From the sequence record SRR31156797_5074: DNA of 64,000 nucleotides. The stretch is one strand, 5' to 3'. Positions 53,747-64,000 of the stretch are shown here, piece after piece. Each line of letters opens with the position of its first letter. Position 1 is the stretch's first letter. Under the pieces are notes generated by a model. The model was given only the letters and a program-made list of their open reading frames with translations. It made no database searches and was not told the origin of the DNA. Both the position numbers and the translations under genes were made by a program.

Positions 53747-54139
53747 GTGGAGGCAATTTTGAATAAAAACATGAAGATCCTTATTGTTGATGACTTTTCA
53801 ACAATGCGCCGTATTGTAAAGAATCTACTTCGTGATTTGGGCTTCAATAATACGCAAGAAGCAGACGATGGCCTGACAGCATTGCCAATGCTTAAGAAAG
53901 GTGAATTTGATTTCGTTGTAACTGATTGGAATATGCCTGGGATGCAGGGTATCGATCTGTTGAAACATATTCGTTCAGATGCTGAGTTAAAGCATCTTCC
54001 TGTTTTGATGATTACAGCAGAAGCAAAACGCGAGCAGATTATCGAAGCTGCTCAGGCGGGTGTTAATGGTTACATTGTTAAACCATTTACTGCCGCAACA
54101 CTAAAAGAAAAATTAGAAAAAATATTCGAACGTCTATAA
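53747..54139 (+). CDS. cheY: Chemotaxis response regulator CheY
   Basis: [17 protein letters not shown]; exact start uncertain. Confidence 0.97.
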   Translation: MEAILNKNMKILIVDDFSTMRRIVKNLLRDLGFNNTQEADDGLTALPMLKKGEFDFVVTDWNMPGMQGIDLLKHIRSDAELKHLPVLMITAEAKREQIIEAAQAGVNGYIVKPFTAATLKEKLEKIFERL

Positions 54140-54195
54140 ACACTTTTGCTTAGGACAAAGGTGCTCTATTCATCACGCGTGTAAGGCTAATCAGA

Positions 54196-54924
54196 ATGAT
54201 TTCATTAGAACAAGCCAAGGAACTCGTTGAACTGCTAGAGAATGGATTGCAAGACGAAGCGAATCTATTTCTAAAGCGAATATATGAGTCAGAACGTAAC
54301 CCAATGTTTAAAGAAATTGGGGAGCTCACTCGAGATCTTCATGATTCACTGAAACATTTTCAGGTCGATGACCGTATTACTGAAATCGCGAAAGACGAAA
54401 TACCTGATGCAAGAAACAGGTTGAATTACGTCATCGAAAAAACAGAAGTTGCTGCAAACAAAACTATGGATGCTGTCGACCGCTGTATGCCGATTGCTGA
54501 TAGTTTGCACGAAACTCTACTGCTCGTTCGTCCAAAGTGGAACGAACTTATGCGTGGTCAAATTGAGTTAAGTGAATTTAAGGCATTATGCCATCGTGTC
54601 GATGGATTGCTGTCTCAGGTTGAAGGGGATAGCAGTGAACTGCGCGGTCAATTAACAGAAATATTGATGGCTCAAGATTTCCAAGATTTGACTGGTCAAA
54701 TTATTCGTCGCGTTATCTCTTTGGTTAACGAAGTTGAACAGCGTCTGGTCGATATTTTGACGGCTTTTGGCACAGAACAAACACAACAAACAGAACAACA
54801 AACAACTAGCGATAAGCAATCATCGTCTAGCGCTGAAGGGCCAATATTGAACCCTCATGAGCGCGAAGATGCTGTCGCATCTCAAGACGAAGTCGATGAC
54901 CTATTATCGAGTCTTGGTTTTTAG
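54196..54924 (+). CDS. cheZ: CheY-P phosphatase CheZ
   Basis: MAQDFQDLTGQ and C-terminal SQDEVDDLLSSLGF. Confidence 0.97.
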   Translation: MISLEQAKELVELLENGLQDEANLFLKRIYESERNPMFKEIGELTRDLHDSLKHFQVDDRITEIAKDEIPDARNRLNYVIEKTEVAANKTMDAVDRCMPIADSLHETLLLVRPKWNELMRGQIELSEFKALCHRVDGLLSQVEGDSSELRGQLTEILMAQDFQDLTGQIIRRVISLVNEVEQRLVDILTAFGTEQTQQTEQQTTSDKQSSSSAEGPILNPHEREDAVASQDEVDDLLSSLGF

Positions 54925-54933
54925 AGGTAACGT

Positions 54934-57171
54934 ATGAGCTACGATTTAGACGAAGACATTCTTCAAGACTTTTTGGTTGAAGCAGGTGAAATCCTAGAAT
55001 TACTCTCTGAGCAATTGGTTGAGTTGGAAACTGACCCTGAAAATAAAGACCTACTTAACGCGATATTCCGTGGTTTCCATACTGTAAAAGGGGGAGCTGG
55101 TTTCCTTTCTTTGACGGAACTTGTTGAAACTTGTCACGGCGCAGAAAACGTATTCGATATTTTACGCAATGGTCAACGTTCAGTTTCAGCGAGCTTGATG
55201 GATACGATGCTACGTTCACTTGATACGGTTAACGAGCAGTTTAAAGCTGTTCAAAATGGCGAACCTGTCCAAGCCGCCGATCCCAACCTGCTAGAAGAAC
55301 TCCACCGTCTATGTAAGCCAGAATCAGAAGATGAAGTGGTCGAGCAGCCAGTAGCTGTAGAACCTGTCATCGAAGAGCCTGTGGTAGAAGTGCCGCCAAC
55401 GCCAGTTCAAGCTGAAGAAACTAAGCTGTCGGCAGACTCCATTGACGAAATTACCCAAGACGAATTTGAAAAACTACTGGATGAACTGCATGGTAAGGGC
55501 AAAAGCCCGGGTACAGAAGCTAATTCGACGTCTTCTGCAGCAGCATCTCAGCCCGCCACTGATAGCGCGGACTTGAGCGGTGATATCACCGATGATGAAT
55601 TTGAAAAGCTACTCGACGAGCTACATGGCAAAGGTAAGAGCCCGACAGCCACAAACAACGTTGAAGTGAGTGCTCCAAAACAACCTGAAGCACCAGCCCC
55701 TAAAGCTCCAACACCTCCAAGCGCAAGCGGCGAAGAAGGTGACTTGATGACCGATGAAGAGTTTGAAAAGTTACTTGATGAATTGCATGGTTCAGGCAAA
55801 GGCCCATCTATTGAAGAGCTTGAGATGGCGACGCGTCCCGCTGAAGTGAATGTTCAGCCTGAACCGATTGAGAAACCGGCTCAACCTGCTGCTGATGTTG
55901 CTAAACCGCAAGCGGCCGCGCCAGTTAAAGCCGATGTTCCGGCAGCCAAAGAGCCTGCTGAAAAAAGAGATGTTGCAGTCAAAAAGCCTCAGGCTGAAGC
56001 AACGGTTCGTGTCGATACTTCTACCTTAGATACCATCATGAATATGGTGGGTGAGCTTGTTTTAGTCCGAAACCGTCTGGTGAGTTTAGGTTTAAACAGC
56101 AACGACGAAGAGATGTCTAAAGCGGTTTCTAACCTGGATGTTGTCACGGCTGATTTGCAAGGCGCAGTTATGAAGACGCGCATGCAGCCAATCAAGAAAG
56201 TATTCGGTCGTTTCCCACGCGTGGTTCGTGATTTAGCACGCAGTCTGAACAAAGACATCGTGTTGGAAATGCGCGGCGAAGAAACCGATTTAGACAAAAA
56301 CTTGGTTGAAGCGCTTGCTGACCCATTGATTCACTTAGTTCGTAACTCTGTCGATCATGGTATTGAGATGCCAGCCGATCGCGAACAGAATGGTAAATCA
56401 CGTACAGGTAAAGTCATACTTTCAGCCTCTCAAGAGGGTGACCATATCGAACTGGCCATCGTCGATGATGGTGCTGGTATGGATCCGCAAAAATTGCGCG
56501 GTATTGCGGTTAAGCGTGGCATGATGGACGAAGATGCTGCTTCTCGTTTAACCGACAAAGAGTGTTTTAATCTTATCTTCATGCCGGGATTCTCTAGTAA
56601 AGAGAAAATTTCTGACATCTCAGGCCGTGGCGTAGGTATGGACGTTGTAAAAACAGCGATAACCACACTGAACGGTTCCATAGATATCGATTCAGAAATG
56701 GGTAAAGGCACCAAGATAACGATCAAAGTGCCATTAACTCTGGCTATTCTTCCGACCCTAATGGTTGGCGTAGGTGGCTATCCGTTTGCTTTACCTCTAG
56801 CGAGCGTGAATGAAATTTTCCACTTAGATTTGAGCCGCACCAACATTGTTGATGGTCAATTAACCATCATTGTTCGTGATAAATCTATCCCACTGTTCTA
56901 CTTGCAGAATTGGTTAACACCTCAAGCGGGTTACGTAGAAGCTCGTAGTGGTCATGGCCATGTCGTGATTGTTCAGCTAGGTAACCAACGTGTTGGTTTT
57001 GTCGTGGATACATTAATTGGTCAAGAAGAAGTGGTTATTAAGCCGCTGGATAAATTACTGCAAGGTACTCCAGGTATGGCTGGTGCGACGATCACCAGTG
57101 ATGGCCACATTGCTCTAATCCTTGATGTTCCCGACCTTCTTAAGCGTTACGCGTCGGCGTCAAGAGTCTGA
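54934..57171 (+). CDS. cheA: Chemotaxis histidine kinase CheA
   Basis: Hpt FHTVKG, RNSVDHG, DDGAG, SGRGVGMDVV, CheW-like P5 domain. Confidence 0.98.
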   Translation: MSYDLDEDILQDFLVEAGEILELLSEQLVELETDPENKDLLNAIFRGFHTVKGGAGFLSLTELVETCHGAENVFDILRNGQRSVSASLMDTMLRSLDTVNEQFKAVQNGEPVQAADPNLLEELHRLCKPESEDEVVEQPVAVEPVIEEPVVEVPPTPVQAEETKLSADSIDEITQDEFEKLLDELHGKGKSPGTEANSTSSAAASQPATDSADLSGDITDDEFEKLLDELHGKGKSPTATNNVEVSAPKQPEAPAPKAPTPPSASGEEGDLMTDEEFEKLLDELHGSGKGPSIEELEMATRPAEVNVQPEPIEKPAQPAADVAKPQAAAPVKADVPAAKEPAEKRDVAVKKPQAEATVRVDTSTLDTIMNMVGELVLVRNRLVSLGLNSNDEEMSKAVSNLDVVTADLQGAVMKTRMQPIKKVFGRFPRVVRDLARSLNKDIVLEMRGEETDLDKNLVEALADPLIHLVRNSVDHGIEMPADREQNGKSRTGKVILSASQEGDHIELAIVDDGAGMDPQKLRGIAVKRGMMDEDAASRLTDKECFNLIFMPGFSSKEKISDISGRGVGMDVVKTAITTLNGSIDIDSEMGKGTKITIKVPLTLAILPTLMVGVGGYPFALPLASVNEIFHLDLSRTNIVDGQLTIIVRDKSIPLFYLQNWLTPQAGYVEARSGHGHVVIVQLGNQRVGFVVDTLIGQEEVVIKPLDKLLQGTPGMAGATITSDGHIALILDVPDLLKRYASASRV
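55447..55806 (+). repeat. Three ~21-codon repeats inside cheA
   Basis: EITQDEFEKLLDELHGKGKSP (55447), DITDDEFEKLLDELHGKGKSP (55582), LMTDEEFEKLLDELHGSGKGP (55744). Confidence 0.9.
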
Positions 57172-57196
57172 TTAGAGTCAATATTTAAGGAACACT

Positions 57197-58324
57197 ATGG
57201 CGATTAAAGTATTAGTTGTTGATGATTCAAGTTTTTTCAGACGTAGAGTGAGTGAAATCATCAACTCTGAAGCACGTCTTGAAGTCATCGATGTGGCAAC
57301 TAACGGTAAAGAGGCGGTTGAAAAAGCTCAGCGCCTCAAGCCAGATGTTATTACAATGGACATCGAAATGCCTGTAATGGACGGTATCACAGCCGTTCGT
57401 GAAATTATGGCGACGAACCCCACTCCTATCCTGATGTTTTCATCGTTAACTCAGGAAGGGGCAAAAGCGACTCTGGATGCGTTAGATGCTGGTGCGTTAG
57501 ATTTCTTACCTAAGAAATTTGAAGATATCGCGCGTAACCGTGATGAAGCGGTAACTTTACTGCAACAACGTGTGATTCAGATTGCGGCTAAAAAGAGTTT
57601 CATGCGCAGACCGCTAGCGACAAGACCTGCAACAGCAACGCCTTCTCCTGCGGCTAGCCCTTTGAATCGCTTTCAGGCTAGAACGCCTGCACCTGCTGCG
57701 CCTTCAAGGCCTGCATCTTCTGTTGCACGCTTTAAAGCGTCGGGCAAAAACTACCAGTTAACGGCAATTGGCACCTCAACGGGTGGGCCAGTTGCATTGC
57801 AAAAAATTCTAACCAAGCTCCCAGCAAATTATCCGCATCCGATTGTGTTAGTTCAGCATATGCCAGCAACTTTTACCGCTGCATTTGCCAGTCGTTTAAA
57901 TTCACTGTGCAAAATTCAGGTAAAAGAAGCGGAAGACGGAGATGTGTTGCGTCCGGGTGTCGCTTATTTAGCTCCGGGTGGTAAACAGATGATGCTTGAA
58001 GGACGTTCAGGTTCAGCCAAGTTACGTATTTTAGACGGCGGCGAACGCATGAACTACAAACCTTGCGTAGATGTTACTTTTGGCTCTGCTGCGAAGGTGT
58101 ATAACGACAAAGTGTTATCAATGATATTAACAGGGATGGGCGCTGACGGTAGAGAAGGCTCACGCATGTTGAAATCAGCGGGTTCAACGATTTGGGCTCA
58201 GGATGAAGAAAGCTGCGTGGTTTACGGTATGCCACAAGCGGTAGCAAAAGCGGGTATCTCTTCGGAAGATCTACCTTTAGACCGCATAGCAGAGCGTATG
58301 CTCGTTGAAGTCGGTCTTTCATAA
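57197..58324 (+). CDS. cheB: Chemotaxis methylesterase CheB
   Basis: Receiver domain plus [19 protein letters not shown]. Confidence 0.98.
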   Translation: MAIKVLVVDDSSFFRRRVSEIINSEARLEVIDVATNGKEAVEKAQRLKPDVITMDIEMPVMDGITAVREIMATNPTPILMFSSLTQEGAKATLDALDAGALDFLPKKFEDIARNRDEAVTLLQQRVIQIAAKKSFMRRPLATRPATATPSPAASPLNRFQARTPAPAAPSRPASSVARFKASGKNYQLTAIGTSTGGPVALQKILTKLPANYPHPIVLVQHMPATFTAAFASRLNSLCKIQVKEAEDGDVLRPGVAYLAPGGKQMMLEGRSGSAKLRILDGGERMNYKPCVDVTFGSAAKVYNDKVLSMILTGMGADGREGSRMLKSAGSTIWAQDEESCVVYGMPQAVAKAGISSEDLPLDRIAERMLVEVGLS

Positions 58325-58333
58325 GGAAATTTA

Positions 58334-59110
58334 ATGATTGTTTGGAGCGTTGCAAACCAAAAAGGTGGCGTAGGTAAGACCACAACAACCGTTACGCTGG
58401 CCGGTTTACTGAGTAAACAAGGCAAGCGCGTGTTGCTGGTGGATACCGATCCCCATGCATCGTTAACGACTTATTTAGGGTATGACTCAGATGCCGTACC
58501 TTCGAGTTTATTCGACCTTTTTCAACTAAAAGAATTCAACGAAGCCAATGTTGCGCCGTTGATTTTGAAAAGTGAAGTAGAAGGCATCGATCTTATCCCT
58601 GCTCATATGTCTCTGGCTACATTAGACCGAGTGATGGGAAACCGAAGTGGCATGGGATTAATACTCAAACGAGCATTGATGGCTTTGCGCCAGCGTTATG
58701 ACTATGTGTTAATTGATTGCCCGCCTATTCTTGGCGTCATGATGGTCAACGCATTGGCGGCCAGTGATCGAATCTTGATTCCTGTGCAAACGGAATTCCT
58801 TGCGATGAAAGGCCTTGAGCGAATGGTTCGTACGTTAGCCATTATGCAAAAGTCGCGCAGTCGCGAGTTTAAAGTGACGATTGTACCGACCATGTACGAT
58901 AAACGTACACGCGCATCGTTACAGACGTTAACTCAACTGAAAAAAGATTACCCAGATCAAGTGTGGTCGTCAGCGGTTCCCATTGATACTAAGTTCCGGG
59001 ATGCAAGCTTGAAACGTTTACCCGCGTCTCACTTTGCCGAAGGAAGCCGGGGCGTGTTTGCTTATAAACAACTGTTATTGTATTTAGAGAGGCTTGCTAT
59101 TAATGAGTAG
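58334..59110 (+). CDS. parC: ParA-like ATPase for polar chemoreceptor array positioning (Vibrio chemotaxis ParC)
   Basis: [18 protein letters not shown]; sits between cheB and the CheW-like gene; not topoisomerase ParC. Confidence 0.88.
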   Translation: MIVWSVANQKGGVGKTTTTVTLAGLLSKQGKRVLLVDTDPHASLTTYLGYDSDAVPSSLFDLFQLKEFNEANVAPLILKSEVEGIDLIPAHMSLATLDRVMGNRSGMGLILKRALMALRQRYDYVLIDCPPILGVMMVNALAASDRILIPVQTEFLAMKGLERMVRTLAIMQKSRSREFKVTIVPTMYDKRTRASLQTLTQLKKDYPDQVWSSAVPIDTKFRDASLKRLPASHFAEGSRGVFAYKQLLLYLERLAINE

Positions 59111-60086
59111 TAGCCATTCATCGCTATCCAGTGAACAAGCTCTTGATGATTACTTCACAGCTTTGCTTGAAGAAGAGCTGATTGAGGAAGAGTCGGTTGC
59201 CATCGATTCTGCACCCGAGCTTGAACCCATGGTTCAATCGGTTGCTGAAAAAAGCTATTTGGACGATAGTTTAGTTGAGTTGCCAGAGCTTGAGCTAGAA
59301 TTGCCTAACTTAGAAGATGTTCAGCGTCTGTTAAGCCAGATGGAATCTAGCAATCCCGTTGCCGAGCTTGATTTAGAACAGGTGATGGAACAGAACACCT
59401 TGGATATTGCAACAGAAGTGCAAGAGATCCAAGAGTGGGACGTTGAAGCAGAAGTAGTAGAAACGACCACTGAGACAGCGGTTGAAACACCTGAAGTTGA
59501 AACCAAAGCTGAAGTAGCGATTGAAATCAGCGAACCGGAAGTGGTTGTTGAAGACACCGTGACGGTTGAGGAGCAAATAACACCTCAAACACAAGCGGGT
59601 GGTTCAACATTTGGCGAATGGGAAACACCTATTAGAGAGGAGAGTTTTCAAGTTCTCTATTTCGATGTTAATGGTGTGACATTCGCAGTACCACTGGATG
59701 AGTTAGGCGGTATCCACCGTAAGGAAGAGCTTAATCATTTAATTGGCCGACCTGCGTGGTATCTTGGTTTGCAAACTAATAGAGACTCTCAGCTGGATGT
59801 CGTTGATACCGCGAAGTGGGTTATGGCAGATAAGCTGCGCGATGATAGTTACAAAGAAGCGTATCAATACATCGTTATGTTAGGTGAGAGCATGTGGGGA
59901 CTCGCTTGTTCACAACTGCTTGGTACTGAAACGCTGAATACAGAAAAAATTCGCTGGCGAGAACAAGTGGGGAAACGACCTTGGCTTGCTGGTATGGTAA
60001 AAGAAAAAATGTGCGCTTTGATCCATGTTGAAGCATTGATAGCTATGCTTAACGCAGGACTTGATGTAAAAGCACTAGATAAATAA
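59103..60086 (+). CDS. parP: ParP, CheW-like array-positioning protein
   Basis: N-terminal EQALDDYFTALL, long acidic linker, C-terminal CheW-like domain; follows parC. Confidence 0.85.
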   Translation: MSSSHSSLSSEQALDDYFTALLEEELIEEESVAIDSAPELEPMVQSVAEKSYLDDSLVELPELELELPNLEDVQRLLSQMESSNPVAELDLEQVMEQNTLDIATEVQEIQEWDVEAEVVETTTETAVETPEVETKAEVAIEISEPEVVVEDTVTVEEQITPQTQAGGSTFGEWETPIREESFQVLYFDVNGVTFAVPLDELGGIHRKEELNHLIGRPAWYLGLQTNRDSQLDVVDTAKWVMADKLRDDSYKEAYQYIVMLGESMWGLACSQLLGTETLNTEKIRWREQVGKRPWLAGMVKEKMCALIHVEALIAMLNAGLDVKALDK

Positions 60087-60121
60087 TTTTTTTGTCGGAA
60101 ACGACTTAGAGAGGAAAAGGT

Positions 60122-60616
60122 ATGTCTCAAACTAACGAAGTAGAAGTTAGAAAAGAACACTCGAATGACGAAGTGCTTCAGTGGGTGACGTTCCAACTAG
60201 AAGAAGAAACATACGGTATCAATGTAATGCAAGTACGCGAAGTGCTTCGTTATACTGAAATTGCACCGGTACCGGGTGCGCCTGATTATGTTCTAGGTAT
60301 TATTAACCTGCGTGGTAACGTTGTGACAGTTATCGATACACGTTCTCGCTTTGGCTTGATGCCAGGTGAAACGAACGATAATACTCGCATCATTGTTATC
60401 GAATCTGAGCGTCAGGTTATCGGTATTTTAGTTGATAGCGTTGCGGAAGTGGTTTATCTGCGTTCTTCCGAAATTGATACCACACCAAGTGTTGGTACAG
60501 ATGAAAGCTCGAAGTTTATTCAGGGTGTTAGCAACCGTGACGGTAAGCTATTGATCTTGGTTGACCTTAACAAGCTGCTTTCTGATGAAGAATGGGATGA
60601 AATGGCTCACCTGTAA
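60122..60616 (+). CDS. cheW: Chemotaxis coupling protein CheW
   Basis: YGINVMQVREV, GIINLRG, GILVDSV. Confidence 0.97.
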   Translation: MSQTNEVEVRKEHSNDEVLQWVTFQLEEETYGINVMQVREVLRYTEIAPVPGAPDYVLGIINLRGNVVTVIDTRSRFGLMPGETNDNTRIIVIESERQVIGILVDSVAEVVYLRSSEIDTTPSVGTDESSKFIQGVSNRDGKLLILVDLNKLLSDEEWDEMAHL

Positions 60617-61122
60617 TGAGTGAGTTGATGTCATCAGTGTCTCCTGTCGTGGCGGGAGGCATAGCTCTGATTGTAATGCTGATTGTGTTGGTATGGTTTA
60701 GGCTGCACCGAGCACAGATTAAGCAAGCTGACTATTTTAGACAACAAGCACGACATGCTGACAAAGAACAGCAAAAAGTTAGTAAGCAACTGTTAGAAGT
60801 TCGCCAAGTGGTTGTTGGATTGGGGAAAACAGTCAGTGATCAGCAAGATATCATTAAGCATTTAAACGAACGCCTGAAAGAACTTGAAAACGCTGATACC
60901 GATGCTCGTTTGTATAGCCGAGCGAGTAAAATGGTAAAACTCGGCGCAGATATAGAAGAACTTATCGAAGAGTGTGAGTTACCGAAAGCAGAAGCTGAGC
61001 TAATGCTCTCATTGCAGAAAAAACTGCAAGGTAAAGAAGCGATACCACCACTGACGAGTCATCCAGAAGGTAAAACAAGGCCTGCAGCGAATCGTCCACC
61101 GATTAGAAAGCAGTCTCGTTAA
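60616..61122 (+). CDS. DUF2802 membrane-anchored protein
   Basis: N-terminal TM, coiled coil, YSRASKMVKLGA..ECELPKAEAEL. Confidence 0.85.
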   Translation: MSELMSSVSPVVAGGIALIVMLIVLVWFRLHRAQIKQADYFRQQARHADKEQQKVSKQLLEVRQVVVGLGKTVSDQQDIIKHLNERLKELENADTDARLYSRASKMVKLGADIEELIEECELPKAEAELMLSLQKKLQGKEAIPPLTSHPEGKTRPAANRPPIRKQSR

Positions 61123-61126
61123 AGTG

Positions 61127-61153
61127 AAAAGGAAGCAAAGCGCTTCCTTTTTT
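61127..61153 (+). terminator. Terminator of the flagellar/chemotaxis operon
   Basis: AAAAGGAAGC-AAAGC-GCTTCCTTTTTT. Confidence 0.85.
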
Positions 61154-61321
61154 AATATCTGTGAAAAGTCACTTTGTAATCATAAAGTGGTAAAAGAAAA
61201 CAGAAATAAGTAAAAATTAACAGATTCTTACGTAGTTTCGTGATTCGTAATACCCTTCGTCTATTTTGTCTAAACGGTGGTGTGGTAATATAGTCGCCCC
61301 AAATTTGTAATAAAGAAGCTC

Positions 61322-61942
61322 ATGCTGGAAGTTAGCAACTTGACTGCCATTCGTGATGAAAGAGTTCTGTTTGAAGGATTATCATTCAGTATTCGTTCAG
61401 GCGAATTAGTCCAAATAGAAGGACGTAACGGTACTGGTAAAACGACGTTATTGCGTATCGTCACTGGTTTGGCTGACCGCGATGAAGGTGAGATATTCTG
61501 GAACGATACCAGTATAGAAGATGACCGGGATAGTTATCACAGTGAGCTTCTTTTCCTAGGTCACCAAACGGGCGTAAAGCGAGAGCTTACTGCGTTTGAA
61601 AATCTTCAGTTTTATCAGACTGTGCACGCATCGAAAGTAACTCATGATGAAATCTATCAGGCACTGACTCAGGTCGGTTTAGCGGGGCGTGAAGATGTGC
61701 CAGTAGCAAAACTTTCGGCAGGGCAGCAACGCAGAGTCGCGCTTGCCAGGTTATGGCTAAGTTCACACAAGCTTTGGATTTTAGATGAACCGCTAACTGC
61801 GATAGATAAGCAGGGTGTAAAAGTGTTGGAATCACTATTTTTGCAGCACGCAGAAAAAGGTGGAATTGTGGTGCTAACCACTCACCAAGACATGTTCTCA
61901 GATAACAATAAGCTGCGAAAAATTAAGCTAGGGGATGTCTAA
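61322..61942 (+). CDS. ccmA: Heme export ATPase CcmA
   Basis: [27 protein letters not shown]. Confidence 0.97.
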   Translation: MLEVSNLTAIRDERVLFEGLSFSIRSGELVQIEGRNGTGKTTLLRIVTGLADRDEGEIFWNDTSIEDDRDSYHSELLFLGHQTGVKRELTAFENLQFYQTVHASKVTHDEIYQALTQVGLAGREDVPVAKLSAGQQRRVALARLWLSSHKLWILDEPLTAIDKQGVKVLESLFLQHAEKGGIVVLTTHQDMFSDNNKLRKIKLGDV

Positions 61943-62610
61943 TGCTGTCAGCGATGACAATGATTATAAAGCGTGAATTACTGATCGCATTTCGACGACA
62001 AGCTGATATTTTTAATCCGTTGTGGTTTTTTATCATTGTCATCACCCTGTTTCCATTAAGCATTGGTCCTGAACCTGGGTTGTTATCCCGTATTGCGCCA
62101 GGCATTGTCTGGGTAGCCGCGTTGCTGGCTGCATTGTTGTCTTTAGAACGTTTGTTTAGAGATGACTATCAAGATGGGGCGTTGGAACAGATGATGATTA
62201 TGCCTGTCCCGTTACCAATAGTTGCACTGTCTAAAGTTATTGCCCATTGGCTATTAACGGGTCTACCGTTGATTTTAATTAGCCCATTGCTCTCAATACT
62301 ACTGTCGTTAGACTTTAATACCTGGTTGGCAGTGGTCGGTACATTAATTCTTGGCACGCCAACATTGAGCTTTATTGGGGCAATCGGTGTCGCGTTAACG
62401 GTAGGGTTACAGAAAGGTGGCGTGCTACTTAGCCTACTTGTTTTACCTTTGTACATACCCATTTTAATTTTTGCCACGTCAGCGATTGATGCGGCAGCGC
62501 TAGGTATGGCTTATAACGGTCAACTGGCAATACTTGCTGCAATGTTTGTTGGAGCGATGACACTCACGCCTTTTGCTATCAGTGCAGCGTTACGTGTCAG
62601 TGTAAACTAG
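61942..62610 (+). CDS. ccmB: Heme exporter CcmB
   Basis: LFRDDYQDGALE, LVLPLYIPILIF. Confidence 0.97.
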   Translation: MLSAMTMIIKRELLIAFRRQADIFNPLWFFIIVITLFPLSIGPEPGLLSRIAPGIVWVAALLAALLSLERLFRDDYQDGALEQMMIMPVPLPIVALSKVIAHWLLTGLPLILISPLLSILLSLDFNTWLAVVGTLILGTPTLSFIGAIGVALTVGLQKGGVLLSLLVLPLYIPILIFATSAIDAAALGMAYNGQLAILAAMFVGAMTLTPFAISAALRVSVN

Positions 62611-62695
62611 TATAAAGTAATTTTTAGCCCGGAATATTAATAAGAAACTTAACATCAAAAAGTTAAGTCATCGAAGCGAAAAGTGAGGATAAATA

Positions 62696-63445
62696 ATGTG
62701 GAAATGGCTCCATCCCTACGCTAAGCCAGAATCTGCGTATCAACTTTGTGGGAAACTGTTCCCATGGTTTACTGTGTTAGCTTTTGTTTGTTTGACCGTT
62801 GGAACCATTTGGGGTTTAGCTTTTGCGCCTTCCGATTATCAACAAGGGGATAGTTTTAGACTGATTTACATCCATGTTCCTTCTGCAATTTGGTCTATGG
62901 GTGTCTATATGTCGATGGCCATCGCTGCATTCATCGGTATTGTTTGGCAGTTAAAGCTTTCTAGCATGGCGGCATTGGCCATGGCTCCGATTGGTGCCGT
63001 GTACACCTTTATTGCACTGATTACCGGTGCCGTATGGGGTAAACCCATGTGGGGTGCTTGGTGGGTGTGGGATGCACGTCTGACTTCAGAATTGATCCTT
63101 CTATTCCTCTACCTAGGCGTTATTGCGCTTTACCACGCGTTTGATGATCAGAAAACGGCTGCTAAAGCGGCAGGTATTTTGGCGATTGTTGGTGTGATTA
63201 ATCTACCAATCATTCACTTCTCTGTGGAGTGGTGGAACACCCTGCACCAAGGGGCGACCATTACCAAATTCGAAAAACCCTCCATTTCTGCCAAAATGTT
63301 GTGGCCTTTATTACTCAATATCTTCGGTTTTGCCTTTTTCTTTGCTGCTCTCACCATGACTCGCTTGCGTAATGAAATCATCAGTAAAGAGAGCCACCGT
63401 CCGTGGGTTATCGCATTAGCTCAGTCAAACAAAGGAGTGTCGTAA
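62696..63445 (+). CDS. ccmC: Heme exporter CcmC
   Basis: WGKPMWGAWWVWDARLT tryptophan-rich motif. Confidence 0.98.
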   Translation: MWKWLHPYAKPESAYQLCGKLFPWFTVLAFVCLTVGTIWGLAFAPSDYQQGDSFRLIYIHVPSAIWSMGVYMSMAIAAFIGIVWQLKLSSMAALAMAPIGAVYTFIALITGAVWGKPMWGAWWVWDARLTSELILLFLYLGVIALYHAFDDQKTAAKAAGILAIVGVINLPIIHFSVEWWNTLHQGATITKFEKPSISAKMLWPLLLNIFGFAFFFAALTMTRLRNEIISKESHRPWVIALAQSNKGVS

Positions 63446-63651
63446 TGTACTTTGATTCTTGGTCTGATTTTTGGGCGATGGGTGGTTATGCCAGCTATGT
63501 ATGGGGTGGTTTTGGTATCACCTATTTATCAATGGCAATTCTGTGGTACGCCAGTGCCAGTCGTAGTAAAGCTTTAATGAAAGAAGTTAGAAATAAAATT
63601 AAACGCCAAGAGCGTATTGAAGCTGCTAAACATATGGAGAACACGCTATGA
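63445..63651 (+). CDS. ccmD: Heme exporter CcmD
   Basis: [23 protein letters not shown] overlaps the ccmC stop; AAGGAG RBS. Confidence 0.93.
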   Translation: MYFDSWSDFWAMGGYASYVWGGFGITYLSMAILWYASASRSKALMKEVRNKIKRQERIEAAKHMENTL

Positions 63652-64000
63652 ACCCAAGACGTAAAAAGAGGCTCGGCATTGTCCTCGCGATTCTTATCGG
63701 TTTAGGAACAACAACAGGTTTAATTCTTTATGCGTTAAGCCAAAATATGGATCTGTTCTATACCCCGACTGAACTTGTCAACGGTAAAGACGGTAAAAAA
63801 CCAGAGGTTGGCCAGCGCTTGCGTATTGGTGGCATGGTTCAAGTGGGCTCTGTTAAGCGTGATCCTAACTCACTGAAAGTCAGCTTCTTGCTAAGAGACA
63901 CGGGCCCGATGGTTACCATTACTTATGACGGCATCTTGCCAGATTTATTTCGTGAAGGTCAGGGCATTGTAGCGCAGGGTGTATTAAAAGATGCAACCAC
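63648..64000 (+). CDS. ccmE: Cytochrome c maturation heme chaperone CcmE (partial, runs off the window)
   Basis: Manually translated: MNPRRKKRL...DLFYTPTE...RIGGMV...[19 protein letters not shown]. Confidence 0.96.
   Translation, partial: MNPRRKKRLGIVLAILIGLGTTTGLILYALSQNMDLFYTPTELVNGKDGKKPEVGQRLRIGGMVQVGSVKRDPNSLKVSFLLRDTGPMVTITYDGILPDLFREGQGIVAQGVLKDAT

Noticed and set aside
55447..55806. Spaced DNA repeats as a CRISPR-like array
   Set aside because: In-frame coding repeats with synonymous divergence and uneven spacing; no cas genes
58334..59110. ParA ATPase as a sign of a plasmid or prophage partition module
   Set aside because: Embedded in the chemotaxis operon with parP and has no parB; this is the known array-positioning ParC
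319..62477. Many 60-130 aa ORFs nested in or antisense to housekeeping genes (e.g. 3041-3409, 30690-31043, 32112-32483, 55989-56297)
   Set aside because: Shadow frames of strongly conserved genes with no recognisable motifs or independent translation signals
1..64000. Prophage, IS, integron, tRNA/rRNA, toxin-antitoxin or defence systems
   Set aside because: No integrase, transposase, attC array, structural RNA gene or defence-domain protein was recognised in the window

Overview
The window is mostly conserved Vibrio large-chromosome backbone. In order it carries an FMN reductase, mnmC, fabB, pdxB-asd, fur, fldA, ybfF-seqA-pgm, gltA / sdhCDAB-sucABCD, znuBC/znuA, the chitin-competence regulator tfoS, feoABC, argS, an M16 peptidase, sixA, the polar flagellar/chemotaxis operon flhA-flhF-flhG-fliA-cheYZAB-parC-parP-cheW, and ccmABCDE (ccmE runs off the edge). 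The one clearly accessory block is a ~6.7 kb minus-strand sugar-utilisation operon between the convergent asd and fur terminators. It encodes an ABC ATPase, two permeases, a solute-binding protein, a LacI regulator and a cytoplasmic GH43 arabinofuranosidase-like hydrolase, with no mobility genes. Non-coding elements missed by the ORF track include a FarS-like sRNA after fabB, a TfoR-like sRNA with a candidate tandem TfoS-binding promoter, Zur, Fur, FNR, ArcA and sigma54 sites, a RyhB-complementary site on sdhC, and repeat remnants at the left end. Oddities include a Thr-to-Pro change in a conserved FlhG motif and triple CheZ/FliM-like peptide repeats in CheA. No CRISPR array, prophage, IS, tRNA or rRNA was seen. 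All gene names and homologies come from recalled family knowledge; no database search was run.
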